DNA of 63,961 nucleotides, counting the filler, from Sphaeroforma arctica JP610 (lineage: Eukaryota), in the NCBI RefSeq assembly GCF_001186125.1. It is 6 parts of 2 records of this genome, joined end to end, with 100 filler letters (N's around TTAATTAATTAA, not from the genome) between each part and the next. Parts side by side here need not be neighbours in the genome. Positions count along the whole stretch, not along the records: positions 56,781 to 61,465 come from NW_014040554.1; positions 61,566 to 63,961 come from NW_014040553.1; 4 more parts are not named here. One strand, 5' to 3'. The notes below the pieces were generated by a model. The model did not search any database and was not told the origin of the DNA. It worked only from the letters and a program-made list of their open reading frames with translations. Made by a program: the position numbers and the translations under genes. Shown piece after piece: positions 57,191 to 63,961 of the stretch. Each line of letters opens with the position of its first letter. Position 1 is the first letter of the stretch.

Positions 57191-60100
57191 TTAGATAGCA
57201 CCGATATATATCCCATCGGCGTATCTGTCTGTGTGGGCACTACTATTGCATGTAATACTACATGAGAGAAGCCGTACACCCTCTCCATCCATCACCCATA
57301 TCACATACGTGTTTTCAATCATAGTACTTGTTTCTTTGGTGAATTGTATACCACTAGCTGCCGAGTACATTGATTTAGACAGAAAGCACAGCTAGTCCTA
57401 AAAAACAAACCAAAAATAAGCCGCAAAATCGGGTCACATACTTCCCCGGCCAATGGGCGCCCATCTTGCGAATCAATTTTTGGATCATTTCTGTTACTGT
57501 GGTCAAGAAACAATAAAAGAATGAGAACTACGTCGTATTGTCGTACCAATGGATCGTATTGTCGTATTTGATGGATCGTATTGTCGTATTTGATGGATTG
57601 TGTTGTCGTATTTGATGGAACGTATTGTCGTATTTGATAGATTGTATTGTCGTATTTGATAGATTGTATTGTCGTATTTGATAGATCGTATTGTCGTATT
57701 TGATGGATCGAATTGTCGTATTTGATGGATTGTATTGTCGTATTTGGTGAATTGTATTGTCGTATTTGATGGATTGTATTGTCGTATTTGATGGATTGTA
57801 TTGTCGTATTTGATGGATCGTATTGTCGTATTTGATGAATTGTATTGTCGTATTTGATGGATCGTATTGTCGTATTTGATGGATTGTATTGTCGTATTTG
57901 ATAGATCGTATTGTCGTATTTGATGGATCGTATTGTCGTATTTGATGCATCGACTGTCATATTAATCGCATTCAGATGTCTGATTCCGAATGAACACCAC
58001 CCACCCAGTAAACACGGGTTGAACTACACACATTAAAACAAGAGAACACATTAAAACAAGAGTACACATTAAAACAAGAGAGCACACTAAAACAAGGGAA
58101 CCCCGTCCCTATATAACGCACTCGAACTCGCATGCAGCAGCTATCAACCAACATCCGAGACATGTGTACCTTAATACTTATCAGATGTGTACCTTAATAC
58201 GTATCAGATGTATACCTTATTACGTATGAGCTGTGTACCTTAATACGCATCAAAGGTGTACCTTAAATCTTAATAACATATGTGCTGTGTACCTTAATTT
58301 AAGCCATTTGGCCATTCGTTTGGAGCTTTCGACCACTTTCTCGGATGTCTCGTTAATCTGTTGCAGCCCTTTGACGCGGATGGATCTGGAGGTACCGCCT
58401 TTGGAGCCTGGTGAAGGGATTGCAGACATGTAGGATAGTCGGGTTAATGAATGAGGGTGTGGTAGTGGGATGAATGTAGGTAACTATACGGTTGGGATGG
58501 GTGCATACATGTATGTATATATGTTAGTTGGATTACTGTATGTATGTATGTTAGTTGGGATTACTGTATGTATGAATGTTAGTTGGATTGATGTATATAT
58601 GTATGTAAGTTGGATCTATAGTATTGAGATGGATGCTTCTATGTATGTATAATAGTCAGAACAATGCATGTATGTGTGATAGTCAGATCAATGCATTCCT
58701 ACGATGGCTGTCTCTATGGGCCATATAAACCACGGTAAGGACTTCTCACCAGATACTCAAGCCCTAAAACCTTACATACTTAAACCCTAAGACCCTAAAT
58801 ACTAAAACCGTAAAACCCTGGAGAGGTCACATGTCTGCGTCGTATGTACACCTTAACAGCCGGTGTCTTCATATCAGTTACTCTGTACAGTGGGCATCGG
58901 CGAGATATCCGCACCATCGCTTAACCGCCACTTTTGAACGCTCACACTATAAGCGTCCCTGACTATGCAGTTTTGCCACAGATTTGGGATGTAGGGTTTA
59001 GGGTTTAGGGTTTAGAGTTTCAGGGCTTGGGGTTTTAGGATTTAAGGTTTAAGGGTTTAGGGGTTTAGGGCACACATGCTTCGATACGCCTCCCCTTTCG
59101 GCCGCCAGTTATTAATGCCACATACCAAGTATGACCCGAATTTGGTCGCCGAGGACTGTCCTCATTTGGTTGTTCAACCGGTTTACCATGGTCATGAGAG
59201 TCCTAAAAAACAGGACAAAGTACGAGGTCAGAAGTTCCCACTCCATTGGACATCACGGCATGTGTGTACACATAGACCATGGTTATGAGAGTCCTAAAAA
59301 ACAGGACAAAGTACGAGGTCGGAAGTTACCACTCCATTGGACAACACGGCGTATGTGTACACATAGACCATGGTAATGACAGTCCTAAAAAACACTGCAT
59401 ATGTGTACACATGTAAGCATGAATACTAAGGCGTGTGAGCGGTTTTAGGGTTTAGTCTGTATATACTTGCCTGTAGTTTTAAAGTTTAGTCTGTATATAC
59501 TTGCCTGTAGTTTTTAGGGTTTAGTCTGTATATACTTGCCTGTAGTCAGTAGTAAACACAGTACGTAGTGGTCATTTAAGATACATATATTTTATACGTT
59601 ACAACAAGACATACGTTACAAACAACAAGATATTTGTAGTGCACGTGCCAAAAGATATATCATATACGTTAGAAACAACAGAACATTTGTATTAAAAGAT
59701 ATATCATATCCGTTAGAAAAACAGGACACTTGTCTTAAAAGATATATCATACCCGTTATAAACAACAGACATTTGTATGTCATAGTGGGTATAACCAGCA
59801 TTGATTGCATATGCCAAGAAAACGTAAACGGGCGACGTTTGCGGGTCCCACGCCAGCAGTCAAAACGTACAGTATATAGGCAGAGCGTTTATAAACGTGA
59901 ACTTGCCTGTACAGCGACTATGAGCGGTGTTATAATTCGTTGACTACGGATATGTATTTATACCAATGCTATACTCCGCTTACGTACGTGTACACACCAT
60001 GTACGGATTGATTCGTTGTTCGTCTTACTAGAAAACCAATATACAGTGGTGTTCATATGAACATATAGAACTCAATTACATACGCACACACTCTATAAAT

Positions 60101-62679
60101 GGATATGAGAATACCACACCTCACTTACAGTACATATAGAAGATATGGACAAGATAAGTATATATAGAAGATATGTACACGATAAGTATGTAGAGAAAAC
60201 ATGGACAAGATAAGTCTATATAGAAAATATGAACAAGAGAATATATATAGAAAATATGGACGGACAAGAGACTATACAAACACGGCCTGCAGGTGTTCAT
60301 ATCAACATAGAGAACTCAGTTACATACACCGTGGAAACTCTAAACACTAAAAAACCCCCCTAAAAACCTAAAACACGCTAACTTACATGTAGAGCGATTG
60401 GAACACGTGTTTGAATTCGTTCACCACAGTCATCTGCCATTTGCTCAGCACTTCCCCGTCGTCCACACATTTGCCATCCACTGCGTCAACAGGGGAATAG
60501 AAAATAGGTATTAATAACAGGGGTAGTCGTAAGGTAGGTATCAATAAGGAGGGGGTCGATGGGATCAGTGGCGATAAAGTATGTGTTCAACGAACTGGAT
60601 TCATCAACAGAGGTATCCGTAAAGTAGGCATCAGTAAGATAGGTATCAATAACACAAGTGACGACAAAATAACCATACAACGAAAGCTATTTAATAACAG
60701 TGGTATTTGTAGAGTAGGCATCAGTAAGATAGGAATCAATAACACAAGTGACGACAAAATAACCATACAACGAAACTTATTGAACAACAGTGGTATCAAT
60801 TACATATACACCCCGCAGGTGGTTCAGGCTAACGCCTCCCCGGCAATCTCAACAGCAGTATATAACATTGTGCACATGCACAAACATATGAGCTCATATG
60901 TGCACACGCACAAACATATGAGCTCATATGTGCACACGCACAAACATATGAGCTCATATGTGCACACGCACAAACATATGAGCTCATAAGTGCACACGCA
61001 CAAACATATGAGCTCATATGTACACACGCACAAACAAGCACACGTACGATGTATGTCAGTGAAGGATATAGCTTAACTCACTGTGTATATGTGTTGACTT
61101 GGTGTGCGCCTGTTCCACCAGCCGCAATCCGTCAACACAGGATTAAACAAGAAACATATATATATATATATATATATATCTATATACATATATACATATA
61201 TACATATATACGTATATACATATATACATATATACATATATACATATATACATATACACATATATACATATATATACATATATATACATATATATATAAC
61301 ATGTATATCTTGCTCACCTCCAGCTTCCACAGCTATCTCAACGGCTCTACTGGCCTCTTCACCAAACGGTGTCAGAGCTAACTTCGCTTGGGTGAAGGAC
61401 TGTACTATGTTGTTCATTGCCGCACACACCTACAGCCGTAGGATACGAGATGTACGTGTGTATGTNNNNNNNNNNNNNNNNNNNNNNNNNNNNNNNNNNN
61501 NNNNNNNNNTTAATTAATTAANNNNNNNNNNNNNNNNNNNNNNNNNNNNNNNNNNNNNNNNNNNNATGTATGTATGTGTGTGTGTGTGTATGTGTGTGTA
61601 TGTGTGTGCGGGTGTGTGTGTGTGTGCATGGACTATATATACATATCCAAAAAAAACATGTTTAATATTCAAACAACATTGTTATCTCTTGTCATACACA
61701 CCTGGCGAGAAGGCATCTGGTACGGGTTCGTGGTTGCCATAGTGTCCGCTGGGAGCGTCGGGCCCGGTGCTACTATCACGGTAGGTGTATCCGATACATT
61801 CACACTAGCATCTGTGCGAGGTACATTCGGCTGCGATGCATTTGTACCAACTTGAGCCTCTCCCTTCTTATCAATACTTGGGTTCGTTCCTACGATAGCA
61901 GTATTTTGCGTATCGGTGGATGTATTTGTGTCTGTATCTGTATCAGTATTTATGTGTGTATTTGTAGCTGTGTTTGTATTTGTACCCGTGTTCGCATGCG
62001 CCGTGGTGTTTGTAACTACACTCGAGGCTGTAGTAGTATTCGCCGTCGGTGGTGTACCAGTATCTTCATTCGGTATACTATTCACAGGTCTTTGCGCCGG
62101 ACTATTATTGAGTGCTGACTTATTTTGTTCTGTGCTTGCCAGTACAGTACTCTGTACAATACTCTGTCCCATTACCCCCCTTGCAGCCTCAGCCACACCC
62201 GCAGCTACAGCCTGGCAAGTTCGAGTGGTTCTACTTCTTGTTGTACTGGATATCCCGCCCGTGTGCGTACTTGCTGTATTTTCAGACAGTCCAGCAGGTG
62301 CGGTCTGCGATTTAGTACCAGCCGGCGCAGGAGCATCCTTCACTACACTTGCACCTCCATCTGACTGTGGCAAAGTCGACTCTTCTGCATCTGCAGCATC
62401 ACTTGTAGATACCAAACTCCCCTCTACGCCCACCGATGGTGCACTATTCCCAGCTATTTGTGCTTGATTTGCAGATACAGAAACAGATGGCGTGTCTGTG
62501 CTTGTGTTTGTACTTGCATCTCCGATACTACCATCACCAATGTGAGTACCATTGGCTTTCTTCAAAGCCGCAGCTTTCTGATGAGAGCGTGTGGTGATAT
62601 GTGTGGTAGCTGGTGTGGGCTTTGATCCTTCCTTGGCATGATTATTCCCCGTAGAAGCGGGCGTTTTCTTATCTCCCAT
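57191..62679 (-). CDS. Multi-exon gene: long T/S/A-rich N-terminus followed by KH-like RNA-binding segment(s); 3' exon structure uncertain
   Basis: Exons 62679-61702, 61429-61318, 60480-60387, 59155-59076, from 58962, and ~58404-58293. The spliced [40 protein letters not shown] resembles STAR/SF1-type [13 protein letters not shown] is a second GxxG-like motif. Confidence 0.55.
57533..57948. repeat. 22-bp minisatellite (TATTGTCGTATTTGATGGATYG), about 19 copies
   Basis: Direct tandem units with no spacers. Confidence 0.95.
58163..58297. repeat. 23-bp minisatellite containing a splice-donor-like sequence
   Basis: TGT(G/A)TACCTTA or a near match at 58163, 58186, 58209, 58232, 58255 and 58286. 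Confidence 0.85.
58761..59070. repeat. Interstitial telomere-like tracts: CCCTAAA-like (58761-58819) and TTTAGGG-like (58992-59070)
   Basis: Read directly; several perfect TTTAGGG units. Confidence 0.85.
59186..59392. repeat. 91-bp tandem repeat, ~2.3 copies
   Basis: CCATGGT at 59186, 59277 and 59368. Confidence 0.9.
60870..61035. repeat. 30-bp minisatellite, ~5.5 copies, each carrying the palindrome ACATATGAGCTCATATGT
   Basis: Unit TGCACACGCACAAACATATGAGCTCATATG. Confidence 0.95.
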
Positions 62680-63594
62680 TGTATGCTAGTGTGATCACAT
62701 TAATCAATAAGTGCGGAGCACACGCCGAATACGCATGTCTACCCGTAATTTAATCTACTTGCCAGCCGATTTTATAACCAAGTATTGATACGGTGCTTGC
62801 TATACTCTAAATACTCATATCTATGTATTTCCGAGTGAATACTACGATGATAGGACGAGTATATCTTGTTTACACCCACCAAGTCGAGTCGTGAGTTGCA
62901 TGTGCTGATGATACTTGCCGAGTTGTTAGTAATCTGATCAAAAAACGCCGACATGAGATCTCGAACACTTTATGCCAGGTTTAAACGATCAAGTCCACCA
63001 AACGGTTCGGATACAGGTGCACAAATAATAGCTATGTGTGTACATACAAAGTGTACTGTACCCGCCACTCTACTATAAGAGTTGGCTATTGCGGAAAGTG
63101 TAATGCGTAGGAAGGCCACAGGGCTTAGGGGGGTACAAATGGAAGTATGAACGACGCAGACTTTGATCACCATCATCTCTTGGGTTTTATGATTTATTTT
63201 GGGTTTAGGGTTTTGGTATCGACCCATCAAATGGGATCTAGGGTTTTGGGTTTGTACTAATTATTATAGATTCACACCTCACAAACTAAGCTATATTGCT
63301 CACACCCGAGAGTAAATAAATATGAAGTTGTGCACATCGCGTTTAGATTTAAAGAGAGAGATACAGGGTTAAAGATTGCAACGTGATATTGCTAAGAAGA
63401 GTATAATGTGCAGTATTACAGATACGCATTGAAGCACGAAGAAAACTTACTGTAGTATATAGGTCCTCATAAAATCCCAGTATACCCGGGCTAAAAGGAA
63501 CTGTGTATAAAAAGAATTACTGTAGCTTCAGGTACAGGTCAGAGCAACCGTATCAAATCAGTCATATTAAGGCCTGGAACACTGGGCTGTGAAC

Positions 63595-63843
63595 ATGACA
63601 ATTTCAGTCGAGAATGATGTATACACAGCTGTACTCGAAGCACAAGAACGCATCTCATCACACATCTACACCACCCCCTTAGAGTATTCGCACTATCTCA
63701 GTGCAGCATGCGGGGGTGGCGCCAAGGTGTACTTGAAACTGGAAAGCGAGCAGAGGAGCGGGTCGTTCAAGGCGAGAGGTGCATTCAATAAGGTCATGAA
63801 AAGCGTGGAACAGGCCGCACACTCAGATCAAACGGATGCCAAA
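63595..63843 (+). CDS. First exon of a PLP-dependent serine/threonine dehydratase or serine racemase (fold-type II)
   Basis: AQERISSHIYTTPL...VYLKLESEQRSGSFKARGAFN contains the PLP lysine motif; donor GTGAGT at 63844. Confidence 0.9.
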
Positions 63844-63858
63844 GTGAGTTGGTCTATA

Positions 63859-63900
<42 letters not shown>

Positions 63901-63924
63901 GATATGTGTGTGTGTGTGTGTANA

Positions 63925-63961
<37 letters not shown>

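Noticed and set aside
57533..57948. CRISPR-like array, or the repeat-protein ORFs 57319-57960 and 57528-57950
   Set aside because: The units are contiguous with no unique spacers and there are no cas genes; the ORFs are by-products of a 22-bp minisatellite.
58761..59070. Integrated telomere-capped minichromosome or telomere-bearing element
   Set aside because: The core looks like an exon with a proper acceptor continuing the upstream frame, and there is no TSD.

Overview
Eukaryotic draft-assembly window with GT-AG introns, abundant (TA)n/(CA)n microsatellites and N gaps, several of which carry TTAATTAATTAA linkers. The organism is probably an intron-rich unicellular opisthokont; an ichthyosporean such as Sphaeroforma is a guess, not something the sequence proves. 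The first ~18 kb is nested transposon debris. It contains a pol-deleted LTR retrotransposon whose gag carries a 71-aa triplication, plus extra LTR copies. It also contains a decayed Harbinger/ISL2EU-type DDE transposase facing a decayed Exo1/XPG-SAP-(SWIM-like) gene, a DIRS-like remnant and a hAT fragment. One intact intronless MpaB/Lcp-type heme oxygenase gene sits inside this debris. The rest holds host genes: a low-complexity protein, a JmjC hydroxylase, a gluconokinase-like kinase, a 14-TM MFS (SIT/ARN-like) transporter, a FERM-C/PTB-like protein, a PNPOx-like FMN-binding protein, a DOMON-cytochrome b561, a MATE-like pseudogene, a KH-like gene whose introns are filled with different minisatellites, and the first exon of a Ser/Thr dehydratase. 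The best candidate for an undescribed system is the convergent DDE transposase plus Exo1-SAP-SWIM-like pair. All domain calls come from motifs recognised by eye; no database searches were run.
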